DNA of 63,092 bases, the filler included, from Deltaproteobacteria bacterium (GTDB taxonomy: Bacteria; JAEEML01), in NCBI GenBank assembly GCA_016283195.1. It is 6 parts of 6 records of this genome, joined end to end, with 100 filler letters (N's around TTAATTAATTAA, not from the genome) between each part and the next. Parts side by side here need not be neighbours in the genome. Positions count along the whole stretch, not along the records: positions 6,015 to 30,488 come from JAEEML010000114.1; 5 more parts are not named here. One strand, given 5' to 3'. Both the position numbers and the translations under genes were made by a program. Shown here in pieces: positions 17,131 through 26,852 of the stretch (the stretch's first letter is position 1; each line of letters opens with the position of its first letter). The notes beneath the pieces were generated by a model. It made no database searches, was not told the DNA's origin, and saw only the letters and a program-made list of their open reading frames with translations.

Positions 17131-20100
17131 ATGAAGGTTCGCAAGAGCACCGGCTTACTCCTCATGAGCACACTGGCTATGATAATGGCCAGCTGTGTGG
17201 TTGACTTGGAACAAGAACCTATGGATTATCCCTCCGGGCCCGGCACCGATAAAGGCCCGGTTATTACCGACAATACCGATATTGATAATACTGATATTGA
17301 TAACACCGATATTGATAATACTGATATTGATAACACTGATATTGATGTTCCTCCTAACGATACTACAATTGTTGCCAAAAAATGCGGGCAACTGCCTGTT
17401 CTGGCCAGCGGCGAGCATTGCGATGTCAGTGCCGGTACCAGCGGCGCTTTAATCATCCGCAGTAATATTCTGGCTCCCGGCACTGTTTACCAGGGCGGCT
17501 CCATTTTGCTGAATGAAAATGGCATTATCAAATGCGTTGGCTGTAATTGCGAGAGTGAAAGCCTGGCCGCCGGCGCCACGGTGCTTACCTGCCCGGATGC
17601 CGTAGTCTCCCCGGCTCTTATCAATGCTCATGAGCACATCACTTGGGGCAAAAACGCCAAGCCGGCAAATTACACCGACGAGCGATACGAACACCGCCAC
17701 AACTGGCGCAAAGGCAAAGAGAGCCATTCAAAAATTCCCCAAGATGGCAGTTCCAATGAAGATGACGACATTCTCTACGGCGAGCTGCGCCACTTAATGG
17801 CCGGGGCGCTCACTATGGCCGGTTCCGGCAAAGCTAAAGGCCTTATGCGCAATATTGATAAAGAAGATCTGGCGAGTGTCGTTGGTGGCAATGTTTATTA
17901 CCAGACTTTTCCTCTTGGCGACAGCGACGGCAAAATGCTTACTTCCGGCTGCTCTTACGGCTGGAAGGATGATCTCTCCAAACTCAAAAATGAATGCTAT
18001 ATGCCGCACATTGCCGAAGGTATTAACACCGCAGCTCATAATGAGTTTCTTTGCATGAGCGGCCAAGGCCAGGGCAGCCGCGACCTGGTGGAAGCCAATA
18101 CCGCTATTGTGCACGCTGTGGGCATGAGCGCTATAGACGGCGCCGAAGTAGCCGATAACAATGCTTCTATCATCTGGTCACCGCGCAGCAATGTTTCTCT
18201 TTACGGCAACACCGCCCCGGTCACTATGTATCACAACCAGGGCATAAATATCGCCATGGGCACCGACTGGGTGCTCTCCGGCTCAGCCAATATGGTGCGC
18301 GAGATGGCCTGCGCCGATTACATGAATAAAAAGCACTATGGCAGCTTCTTTAAGCCCTCCGATATTTGGCGCATGGCTACGGAAAACGGCGCTATAGCTT
18401 TAGAAGTAGATGACAAAATCGGCTTTTTAAAGACAGGCTTTATCGGCGATATAGCCATTTATGCCTTAAACGGCGGCGCCAGTGACGATAATGTGGAAAC
18501 TTATTTTCAATCCATTATTGATTCTACGCCCGACGAGGTGGTTCTCATTTTAAGAAGCGGCGAAATGGTCTTTGGCGACAGCGATATTCTAAGCGCTGCC
18601 AAAGTCAAAAACTGCGAATCCATGGGCGATGTCTGCGGCTCGTCCAAAACTATTTGCATGAGCGGAGCCAACTCTAAATACAAAGACATTAAAGACGGCG
18701 GCGCTTATAAGCTCTTTTATTGCAATAATAAGTGGGCTTCCGAGCCGCCCTGTGTCCCGAAACGCAATAATAAAAACAAAAACGGCCAGGTCATAAACTT
18801 TGGCAGCAAAGTCTCTACTTACGACGGCACCACCTCCAAAAACGACAGCGACGGCGACGGCGTATCCAATGACGAAGATAACTGTCCTACTATTTTTAAC
18901 CCCATAAGACCTATGGACAAAGGCGTACAGGCCGATGCCGACGGTGACGGCCTTGGCGATTTATGCGATCCCTGCCCGATGGATACCGATAATGATAAAT
19001 GCGGCCCGGCCACTCCTGGTGATCTTGATAACGACGGCGTCCCCGATAATCAGGATAACTGCCCGGGAAAATATAATCCACCTGATGCCGAAGGACTGCA
19101 GCCCGATGCCGACGGTGACGGCAAAGGCGATGCCTGCGATGAATGCCCGAATAATGCCAACCCCGGTGATGAAGTTTGCCCGGCAGTCAATACCACTATA
19201 GCCGATGTACAATCAGGCAAAATAAAAGTAGATACACGCGTTAATCTGGAAGGTATTGTTTCGGCGGTAGCAGCCAACAATCATAACAGCTTTTTCATCC
19301 AGTCCAAGGGTTCTTTCGCTTCTAAAGATGAAGCTAAATACCAGGGCCTTTATGTTTATATTGATGCCAAAGAGGCCATTTCTGCCAGCGCAGCCAATCT
19401 GGTTATCGGCAGCACCGTAAGAGTTAGCGGCACGGTTAATGAATACTTTGGGGAAAAAGAGCTGGGCAATTTGGAAAAATTGGAAGTTATGCGCACCAAT
19501 GTGGTAGATGTTGTGCCTTTGGAACTGGAAATTAGCGATTTCAGCTCTAAAACTGCCACTCCTTATGATGCTCTTTTAGCCACCGTTAAAAACGTTAACA
19601 TAGTTACCGGCGGCACCTCTTACTTCTATATCGGCCAAACCGGGAGCACAGGCAAAGTGCTTGTTTCCAATAAGATTTGGACTAACACCTCCTCTTTTGA
19701 AAACGGCGATGTTTTAAGCAGCGCTACTGGCATAGTTATGTTTGCCAAAACCGGCGATGCCACCGCCAGTGTCAATAGTTTGCAGCCTCGTTTTAGCGCC
19801 GATTTAGCCCAGGATTGTTCTGCTGGCAGCTCCATTGTGGCCATGAATCCGCCGGAGCTCGTTATCGGCAAAGGGAAATCCGGTAGTATTATTTTGAGCA
19901 GAAATTGTCCCGGAGAAGAAGAGGAAATTGAGCTGACGGCAGCACCGGAATGTGCCGGCCTCTTAACCGTAGCTCCCGCCTCTTTTAGCGCCAAAGCCGC
20001 TACAGCTTCGGCCACCGTAACAGCCGCCAATCAGATTGGTTCTTGCAAAATAAGTTATGGCAATTTCGAAACAACAGTAAAGATTATCAATGCCCAAGGT

Positions 20101-20553
20101 TATAGCATTGGCTTATCTATCAACGGGGCGGCCGCCGATACAATTTATACACTGGACGATGTAAAGTCCGATACCTATATTTTGGTAGCCAGGGATGCCG
20201 CTAGTTACGCCGCTTGGCAAGCCGGAGTAAGAACTCTCCATGATTTGCCGGCCCAAGTGCCGGCTGACAAAGTTATTTTTGTGAATTTACAAGACGAATA
20301 TCAATTCAACGGCAAAAAAGACGACACCATATACCTTTACAACTGGGCTGATCAGGTAATCTTTTCCCACCTCATTTCCGGCGGCTTTAACCAGCGGCAA
20401 AACGATGGCACTTTTGAGAAAAATGATGCTCCTGTAGGCGCCGACGGTAAAGCTCCGGCGGTTATCAGCGGCGTGAATGAGCCCCTATATCTCTATGAAA
20501 CCGGTATCGTCAGCGGTGGCACCTACAATTATTTCATCTTCTATATTCCCTAA
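17131..20553 (+). CDS. Lipoprotein: amidohydrolase + TSP3 repeats + OB-fold, paralog 2
   Basis: Lipobox MASC; same motifs and same C-terminus (NYFIFYIP) as 13596-16952. Confidence 0.8.
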   Translation: MKVRKSTGLLLMSTLAMIMASCVVDLEQEPMDYPSGPGTDKGPVITDNTDIDNTDIDNTDIDNTDIDNTDIDVPPNDTTIVAKKCGQLPVLASGEHCDVSAGTSGALIIRSNILAPGTVYQGGSILLNENGIIKCVGCNCESESLAAGATVLTCPDAVVSPALINAHEHITWGKNAKPANYTDERYEHRHNWRKGKESHSKIPQDGSSNEDDDILYGELRHLMAGALTMAGSGKAKGLMRNIDKEDLASVVGGNVYYQTFPLGDSDGKMLTSGCSYGWKDDLSKLKNECYMPHIAEGINTAAHNEFLCMSGQGQGSRDLVEANTAIVHAVGMSAIDGAEVADNNASIIWSPRSNVSLYGNTAPVTMYHNQGINIAMGTDWVLSGSANMVREMACADYMNKKHYGSFFKPSDIWRMATENGAIALEVDDKIGFLKTGFIGDIAIYALNGGASDDNVETYFQSIIDSTPDEVVLILRSGEMVFGDSDILSAAKVKNCESMGDVCGSSKTICMSGANSKYKDIKDGGAYKLFYCNNKWASEPPCVPKRNNKNKNGQVINFGSKVSTYDGTTSKNDSDGDGVSNDEDNCPTIFNPIRPMDKGVQADADGDGLGDLCDPCPMDTDNDKCGPATPGDLDNDGVPDNQDNCPGKYNPPDAEGLQPDADGDGKGDACDECPNNANPGDEVCPAVNTTIADVQSGKIKVDTRVNLEGIVSAVAANNHNSFFIQSKGSFASKDEAKYQGLYVYIDAKEAISASAANLVIGSTVRVSGTVNEYFGEKELGNLEKLEVMRTNVVDVVPLELEISDFSSKTATPYDALLATVKNVNIVTGGTSYFYIGQTGSTGKVLVSNKIWTNTSSFENGDVLSSATGIVMFAKTGDATASVNSLQPRFSADLAQDCSAGSSIVAMNPPELVIGKGKSGSIILSRNCPGEEEEIELTAAPECAGLLTVAPASFSAKAATASATVTAANQIGSCKISYGNFETTVKIINAQGYSIGLSINGAAADTIYTLDDVKSDTYILVARDAASYAAWQAGVRTLHDLPAQVPADKVIFVNLQDEYQFNGKKDDTIYLYNWADQVIFSHLISGGFNQRQNDGTFEKNDAPVGADGKAPAVISGVNEPLYLYETGIVSGGTYNYFIFYIP
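17275..17346 (+). repeat. In-frame 15-bp tandem repeat (TDIDN, about 4.8 copies)
   Basis: ACYGATATTGATAAY units alternating as a 30-bp higher-order unit. Confidence 0.9.
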
Positions 20554-20606
20554 AATTAAGAATATCTGCTAATTATGCCCTGGCACTGCCGGGAGGATAT
20601 TCGCCG

Positions 20607-21323
20607 ATGAGTACTTTTTACATTACTGCCCATAGCCTGATTACTGCCAAAAGTGTCGCTGCCGACCCGGAAGGCTATTTTTTGTGGAAGGCCGTTTCCG
20701 AGCGCCCGAATGAACGCTTTGGCCGCTTTGATTTACTCACTAAATATGCTCTTTCGGCTGCGGAGCTCCTTGATTTGCCCCTCGATGAGCCCAAAAATAG
20801 TTCCAAAGCTCTTATTTTAGAAACTGCCAGCGGCTCTCTCGCCATTGATGAGCGCTATTATAGCGATAAGCGGCAAAATCCCCCCAGCCCGGCTCTCTTT
20901 ACTTACACTTTACCCAGTGTGGCCCTGGGGGAAATAGCCATCCGCTACCGCCTGACCGGCCCCAATTTAACTCTCTTAAGCCGGGTCCAAAGCACCGGTG
21001 CTCTGGGACTTTTGGAGAGTGCGCGGGCCATAAGGCGCAGGGAATGTACAGAAGCTATCTTTATCATGGCCAGTGGGGTAAATAAACAAAATGCCCTTTT
21101 TAATGATTTTCCGCCCTCAAAAGCGGCCGCTCTGCGCCTCAGTTTGCTCTCCGGCGCCCCGGGCAGCTTAAAACTGCAAATAGAACGCGGGGAAAATAAT
21201 CAATCTCCCCACTTGCCGAGAAGGCCGCTCATGGACTATTTAGAGGAAGGCGCATTGGGCTCATGGGAAAGCTCTCTGCAACTGGGAAAACATAGTTATT
21301 ATTTTAAAATAACAACCATTTAA
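20607..21323 (+). CDS. Non-catalytic ketosynthase-like (chain-length-factor-type) protein
   Basis: FGRFDLLTK...PSPALFTYTLPSVALGEIAIRY; no catalytic Cys/His/His recognisable. Confidence 0.7.
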   Translation: MSTFYITAHSLITAKSVAADPEGYFLWKAVSERPNERFGRFDLLTKYALSAAELLDLPLDEPKNSSKALILETASGSLAIDERYYSDKRQNPPSPALFTYTLPSVALGEIAIRYRLTGPNLTLLSRVQSTGALGLLESARAIRRRECTEAIFIMASGVNKQNALFNDFPPSKAAALRLSLLSGAPGSLKLQIERGENNQSPHLPRRPLMDYLEEGALGSWESSLQLGKHSYYFKITTI

Positions 21324-21333
21324 TGAGGATAAA

Positions 21334-21591
21334 ATGGACGCACTGATAAATGAGCTGAAAGAGCATATTATTGAGGCTTTAAGCCTTGATGAGATCACCC
21401 CCGAGGAAATTGATGCCGAGGCGCCGCTTTTTGGCACCGGCCTGGGCCTTGATTCAATAGATGCGCTGGAACTCGCCGTTATGGTGGAAAAACACTATCA
21501 TATACGCATTACCGACAGCGAAGTGGGCAATAAGGCCTTTTCCTCGGTAAAATCTCTAGCCGAATTCATTCAAAATAATTCCGCTCAATGA
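21334..21591 (+). CDS. Acyl carrier protein (aryl-polyene/flexirubin type)
   Basis: PLFGTGLGLDSIDALEL with the phosphopantetheine-carrying Ser. Confidence 0.92.
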   Translation: MDALINELKEHIIEALSLDEITPEEIDAEAPLFGTGLGLDSIDALELAVMVEKHYHIRITDSEVGNKAFSSVKSLAEFIQNNSAQ

Positions 21592-23741
21592 GAGATATTG
21601 TTATCACCGGCCGCGGGCTCATCAGCGCCGCCGGCAGCAATGTCGGTGAGTTTTATCGCGCGCTACAAAACGGGCAAAGCGGGCTTAAAAAACTCTCGCT
21701 CTTTAATTCGGCACGCTCAGGCCACTTTCCTGTTGGGGAGATAAATGATAATCTCACGGAATTATGCGGAGAAAGCGGGCTTTCGCGCAGCAGCGAACTG
21801 GCGCTCATTGCCGCTCGCGAAGCTATAGCCGAGGCCAACTTAAGCCCCGGCGATTTGGCCAAAGCGGCCCTCATAAACGGTGCCTGCACCGGCGGTATGC
21901 TGATAAGCGAAGAGCTCATAAGCCGCCTGATAGCCGGAGAAGAAATAGCTTGGCCAGCTTTTCGCCAGCATGAATGTTCGGTAACCACCGGCAAACTGGC
22001 TGCTATTCTGGCTATTCATGGGCCGATCTCCACCATTTCCACAGCTTGCACTTCCGGAGCTCTCGCCATTGCTATCGGTGCTGATTTAATCCAAACAGGC
22101 GCCGCCGAGGTGGTACTTTGCGGCGGCACCGATTCATTAACACGCCTGACTTTAAACGGCTTTGCCTCTCTTCTCGTGGTATCGGATATCGGGCCCAAAC
22201 CATTTGATGCCCATAGGCAAGGTATGTCTCTGGCCGAGGGTGCCGCTTTTATTGTTTTAGAAAGCGCCGATCATGCCAGGAAAAGAGGCGCCAAAGCCCT
22301 AGCCACCCTGGCCGGCTACGGCGCAAGTTGCGATGCCTACCATGCCTCCGGCCCGCACCCTGAGGGGCTTGGCGCCGTCAGCGCCATGGAAAAAGCCTTA
22401 AAAATGGCCGCAGCCACCCCGGATGATATCGGCTATATTAATGCCCACGGCACTGGCACCAAAGAAAACGACCGCATGGAGGCCAAAGCGCTGCAAAAAG
22501 TTTTTAAAAAAGTGCCGCCCTTTTCCTCCACCAAAGCCTTTTACGGCCATCCCCTGGCGGCGAGCGGCGCCATAGAAGCCATTTTGAGCACTTTGGTATT
22601 GGAGCACAACTTTTTGCCGGCTAATTTAGGTTTTAAAGATATTGATCCGGAAATCGCTCTTGTCCCTTTAACCGCTGGGATAAAAGCTGCGCCCAATTTT
22701 GTTATGAGTAACTCCTTTGGCTTTGGCGGCAATAATGTGGTGCTCATCTTTGGCCGGCCGGGCAAAACTCCCACTATTGAACAGGTGGCCACCCGGCCGG
22801 CCAAAGTGGCCATCGCGGCCCAGGCGGCTATTTGGCCGGAGGAAGAAAAAAGTACCTATGTCTTCCCGGAGTGGCTTAGTTTTGCCGGCGAAAAAGTGCA
22901 AAAAGTACCGGATGCCGCTTTTAAAAGCCTCTTGCCGCCCATGAAAATCCGCCGCCTGGGCCGAGTGCAGATTATGGCTCTCGCAGCGGCGCAAAAGCTA
23001 ATACAAATAGCCCCTTTTACCGACCGGGAAGCCACTGTTTTAGTGGCTACAGGCCTGGGGGAACACAGCGAAACAGCGGCTTTTATCGAAAATATGGCCC
23101 GAAATAACGAAGCCACGCCAATGCCGGCTAAATTTATCAATTCGGTACATAATTCTCTCGCCGGCCAGTTAGCCATTTGGCACCAACTTAGCGGCGAAAA
23201 TCACACTTTTACCCACAATAAGCTCTCGCTCACCGCGGCTCTTTGGGAGGCTATGGTCATCCTGGGTAATAGCCGCGCTAAAGAGGCTCTTCTTTTAGCT
23301 TGTGACACTCTTTCCCCCTATGCGCTCCTCGCCGGCCGCGCCCTAAATTGCCTTAAAGCGCCTCTTGCGGCCGGCGAGGGGGCGGCCGCCTGGCGGCTTA
23401 CAGCCGCCGGCAGCGCACCGGAGGCCAGCATCACTTTGGAAGCTCACCTGGAATATAGGCCTGAGCTTTTAAAAAATGCCGACCTTTTGCTGGCCGCCGG
23501 CGACGCTGCCCTGCCCCAGGACTTGCCGGCTGATTTACCGATTGCCACCTGGGAAGAAAAGAGCGGCGTCTTTTGTACTTCCAGCGGCCTGGGGCTTACG
23601 GCCGCCACGGATAGCCTAAGCTGTAACGCGCTTTCAAAAAAGCTCACCTTAAAGCAGGGGAGCCCTGGGGCATTAAAGCGCATTATTCTTTGCGAAACTC
23701 TGGGGCAAAGGCGCTTTGCCATAGTGGCAGAACATTTATAG
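21588..23741 (+). CDS. Beta-ketoacyl-ACP synthase fused to a chain-length-factor-like domain
   Basis: N-terminal ~390 aa KS with STACTSG, NAHGTGT, GHPLAASG, SNSFGFGG; C-terminal IRRLGR...PAKFINSVHNSLAGQLAI, a CLF-like domain without catalytic residues. Confidence 0.82.
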   Translation: MRDIVITGRGLISAAGSNVGEFYRALQNGQSGLKKLSLFNSARSGHFPVGEINDNLTELCGESGLSRSSELALIAAREAIAEANLSPGDLAKAALINGACTGGMLISEELISRLIAGEEIAWPAFRQHECSVTTGKLAAILAIHGPISTISTACTSGALAIAIGADLIQTGAAEVVLCGGTDSLTRLTLNGFASLLVVSDIGPKPFDAHRQGMSLAEGAAFIVLESADHARKRGAKALATLAGYGASCDAYHASGPHPEGLGAVSAMEKALKMAAATPDDIGYINAHGTGTKENDRMEAKALQKVFKKVPPFSSTKAFYGHPLAASGAIEAILSTLVLEHNFLPANLGFKDIDPEIALVPLTAGIKAAPNFVMSNSFGFGGNNVVLIFGRPGKTPTIEQVATRPAKVAIAAQAAIWPEEEKSTYVFPEWLSFAGEKVQKVPDAAFKSLLPPMKIRRLGRVQIMALAAAQKLIQIAPFTDREATVLVATGLGEHSETAAFIENMARNNEATPMPAKFINSVHNSLAGQLAIWHQLSGENHTFTHNKLSLTAALWEAMVILGNSRAKEALLLACDTLSPYALLAGRALNCLKAPLAAGEGAAAWRLTAAGSAPEASITLEAHLEYRPELLKNADLLLAAGDAALPQDLPADLPIATWEEKSGVFCTSSGLGLTAATDSLSCNALSKKLTLKQGSPGALKRIILCETLGQRRFAIVAEHL

Positions 23742-23793
23742 CTTTTGGCCACAGCCGGCCCTGGCCCGGCCAGTTAATTTGAGGAGTTAGTCC

Positions 23794-24738
23794 ATGAACA
23801 AACATTATCTCTTATTAATGGCATTAAGCCTCATCTGTGCTTGCGGAAATAATAATAAAAACAAAGAAAACGGCAATCAGCAAGAGCATAATCAGGACAA
23901 TAAGCCTCCTCTTCCGCCGGCACCGCAAGCCCAGGATACTTGCACCGCCGGTAGCGCCAAATGCGCAGAAAAACAGATTCAGTATTGCGAAGGCAGCTCA
24001 TGGGGCCTCCCCAAAAACTGCCCGGTTAATAAGGAATGCCGTGAAAATAGCTGTGTGCAGGTAGTTACAACCAGAGAAAAGCACCCCTTAACCTGCGGCA
24101 ATACAGTTTGCACTCCCGGGCAGCTTTGCCAAAACGGCACCACTTGCTTGGATCGCACCGCCAAAGCCAGCGCCGAGGGGGCCCCTTGTGACCCGGCTAC
24201 TTTTTTAGAATCCTGTGACGGCAATACCTTAGTCTATTGCAAAACCGACCCGGCAGGAGAGGAAGAACCGTTAATCACGGCCTTCCCCTGCGGCGAGGCC
24301 CACTGCGCTTTGCGCTTTAACAAAAACTTCGGCACCTGTTTTGCCAAAGAAGACATCAACTGCAACGAAAAAACAGCCGGCGAATTTACCTATTGTTATC
24401 AGGAAGATATTTCTACATTTTTCTTGGAAATAACAGCCTGCACCTTGGGAGCCGACGGCTATTATTATGCTTTTCGCGATGATATGGAAACTGTTGACTG
24501 CGTAGGCTCCTGCCTCGATACTTATTCCTGTAACCGCGCCGATGAAATCCGCACCTGCGCAAGCGAGGGCTACCATTGCGAAGAAAATATTTCTATTGCC
24601 TGCGCTCCGGGCAATACTCCAGGAATTTTGGAATATTCCGCCACCAACTGCCTTGATTACAGTAAATATTGCCCTGGCATAAAATGCCTGCCGGAAAGCG
24701 GCGAATGTGATTGGGATAAGTGCACCGACACCATGTAA
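23794..24738 (+). CDS. Cysteine-rich lipoprotein
   Basis: Lipobox ICAC; many Cys arranged in short disulfide-type modules. Confidence 0.7.
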   Translation: MNKHYLLLMALSLICACGNNNKNKENGNQQEHNQDNKPPLPPAPQAQDTCTAGSAKCAEKQIQYCEGSSWGLPKNCPVNKECRENSCVQVVTTREKHPLTCGNTVCTPGQLCQNGTTCLDRTAKASAEGAPCDPATFLESCDGNTLVYCKTDPAGEEEPLITAFPCGEAHCALRFNKNFGTCFAKEDINCNEKTAGEFTYCYQEDISTFFLEITACTLGADGYYYAFRDDMETVDCVGSCLDTYSCNRADEIRTCASEGYHCEENISIACAPGNTPGILEYSATNCLDYSKYCPGIKCLPESGECDWDKCTDTM

Positions 24739-24905
24739 CCACAAGCTGCCGTTAAACATGGTTTTCAAAGCAAACCGCCGGGCATTATAAGTCAGAGCTC
24801 CAATAAAAAAGCTATCTTTATTCCGGGCTTTTCACTTATACTGGTTTTACATTTTGCCGGGCGGCTCGTTCTGGCTAATGAGCGAAAAAGCGACGGAGTA
24901 AAAAA

Positions 24906-25466
24906 GTGCGTAAAAAGTATCCTGCATTAAATTTTGCCTTTGGGCTTGGGGCCATGTCTCTAATAGCTCTTATGACCTTTTCCCCACCTCTAAAGCCGCT
25001 TATGGCTCAGGAAGCGAGCGCCCAGGTAGCCGCCAGCTCCTCTGCCTATGACACTCCCATTGGTTTTTGGCTCTCCGAGGCCACTAAGTCGCAATTTGGC
25101 GGCGTCTTTCAAATTTACCAGGAAGGCTCTGAATTTAAAGGTAAAATTGTGCGTCTTTTACCGCGCATCGGCCACCCCGATGATGACCTAAACACCAAAT
25201 GCGGCGGCTGTGAAGGTGCCTTAAAAGACCACCCCACCGTGGGTCTGCCCTTTATTTACGGTTTTAAAAAAGAGGCCGACCGCGCCCGCTGGAGCGGCGG
25301 CAAAGTTATTGATTCCCGCTCCGGCAATGCCTATAGCGCCCGCATGGAAGTAGTGGAAAACGGCAAAAAGCTAAAAGTACGCGGCTACTTAGGCACTCCT
25401 ATGCTGGGAGCCACCGTATACTGGACAAGAGTCACTTCAAAAGAAGATCTGCGCTCTCCGCTATGA
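24906..25466 (+). CDS. DUF2147 family protein
   Basis: PIGFW...GKIV...C..C.G...WSGGKVIDSRSGNAY...LKVRGYLG...W.R. Confidence 0.85.
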   Translation: MRKKYPALNFAFGLGAMSLIALMTFSPPLKPLMAQEASAQVAASSSAYDTPIGFWLSEATKSQFGGVFQIYQEGSEFKGKIVRLLPRIGHPDDDLNTKCGGCEGALKDHPTVGLPFIYGFKKEADRARWSGGKVIDSRSGNAYSARMEVVENGKKLKVRGYLGTPMLGATVYWTRVTSKEDLRSPL

Positions 25467-25481
25467 GAGCATGAGGATAAA

Positions 25482-25718
25482 ATGTCTGATATTATAATAA
25501 AATTAATGGGTATTACTTACAAACCGCACGGCCGTTCTGAAGAAAAACTCCCCGCCGACGCCCCCATAAGCGTAAAAGACATTCTCTTAAAAATCGGCTA
25601 CCGCGAAGTGGGGCTGGAGTTTTTTATTATCCACAGAAACGGCGAAGTTTTAAAGCTTGATTCACTCGTAAATCCCGGTGATGAGCTATCTGTTTTTATG
25701 CCTCTCGGCGGCGGCTGA
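25482..25718 (+). CDS. Stand-alone MoaD/ThiS family ubiquitin-like protein
   Basis: 78 aa; RNGE...LVNPGDELSVFMPLGGG with a free C-terminal Gly-Gly. Confidence 0.8.
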   Translation: MSDIIIKLMGITYKPHGRSEEKLPADAPISVKDILLKIGYREVGLEFFIIHRNGEVLKLDSLVNPGDELSVFMPLGGG

Positions 25719-25749
25719 AATAAAGCTTTTTTACCTAAATGCCTTTGCC

Positions 25750-25876
25750 TTAAGCTGTCACTTTTTTGTATAAAAACCAGCCCAAAAAGGCGAGCAGAGC
25801 CAGGTAAAAAACCACATCCAGTATCTTATCAAAAACAGTAGCCGGCTTTTCCTCGCCGTCGCTACCGGCTATTTTT
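25750..25876. repeat. 127-bp exact direct repeat, downstream copy (3' end of gene 26356-26679)
   Basis: Identical to 26356-26482 (offset 606 nt). Confidence 0.92.
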
Positions 25877-26355
25877 CCTGCTTTCGCTACTTGCTTCCCT
25901 TCAAAAAATAGCCACGTGTTTTTCTCTTTGGGGAAAACCTCCGCTACTTCCGAAGCGCTCAGGTTTTCCCCAACCCCCTTTCCGCCGCACGGCCTTTGAC
26001 ACCCCGAACCCCGTGCCTTCAATAAAAATGGCTCTCATTATGCTATGTTATAAAATTGTTCTCTCCTGGTTTGCCTTAAAAGCCAGAGGCCACACTTAAT
26101 ACCAGTATCTGCATAACCGCCTCTGGCTTAGCCGGGGCTACCGCCCCGGCACCCTGCCGGGCTAGGTAACATAACAACTTGAAATTACACGATATTCTCC
26201 CCATATCTATTTGTAAAAATGGAGAGGGGGTCGGGGGGTGAGGGATGAGAAAAATTGAGAGGCGATTTTCATAAAAATCCAATCAGTTAGGAGGAGAGGT
26301 CCTAGAAACCTGCGAAGCACACCCGCCATATTTGACAATAGCCGGGGCGCTACTT
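25877..26355. repeat. Non-coding insert rich in REP/MITE-like palindromes
   Basis: 13-bp stem TTGGGGAAAACCT/AGGTTTTCCCCAA (25928-25973), GCCGGGGC-TACC-GCCCCGGC, and GGAGAGGGGGTCGGGGGGTGAGGG. Confidence 0.55.
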
Positions 26356-26679
26356 TTAAGCTGTCACTTTTTTGTATAAAAACCAGCCCAAAAAGGCGAG
26401 CAGAGCCAGGTAAAAAACCACATCCAGTATCTTATCAAAAACAGTAGCCGGCTTTTCCTCGCCGTCGCTACCGGCTATTTTTTGCATGCCGCTGCGAATA
26501 GAGAGCAAAGTACCGCGCGAGCGCCGCTTTTTCGGGGCTTCCTTAACTTTTTCATTTTTCGGCTTGCTCTCTTTTGAGGATTTTTTGGCCTTTATAGCCT
26601 GGCCACTTGCCTCATTAGCTTCATCAAGATCCGCCGGAATTTTATTCTTCAAAGTTGTTTTTTTCTTTTTTCCCGCCAT
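26356..26679 (-). CDS. Small Lys-rich protein with a C-terminal transmembrane helix
   Basis: GAGGAG RBS; basic N-terminus; VVFYLALLAFLGWFLY helix. Confidence 0.65.
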   Translation of the reverse strand: MAGKKKKTTLKNKIPADLDEANEASGQAIKAKKSSKESKPKNEKVKEAPKKRRSRGTLLSIRSGMQKIAGSDGEEKPATVFDKILDVVFYLALLAFLGWFLYKKVTA

Positions 26680-26852
26680 ATTTTCTCCTCACTAATTTGC
26701 CAGCCGGGCCGCCAAAAGTCACACGCTCCACCATAGCCAATTTTGATGAGCTATGCCAGAGCTATAACATTCTCAAGTTGCCAGCGGGAGGCTTTTTGCG
26801 CTAAAAAGGCTTTGATGTCACTTTTGGCATCCAATTATATAAGGATTGTCTC

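Noticed and set aside
25977-25990. 14-nt match (CCTTTCCGCCGCAC) to the tRNA-Leu 3' end as an att site
   Set aside because: Short, embedded in a C-rich palindromic repeat, on a different contig and with no integrase; chance cannot be excluded.
25750-26022. 90-aa ORF sharing its C-terminus with 26356-26679
   Set aside because: TTG start without an RBS, and the N-terminal half is read through palindromic repeat DNA; probably a by-product of the duplication.
25750-26482. The 127-bp repeat pair as a diversity-generating retroelement TR/VR
   Set aside because: The copies are identical with no adenine-specific mismatches, and no reverse transcriptase is present.
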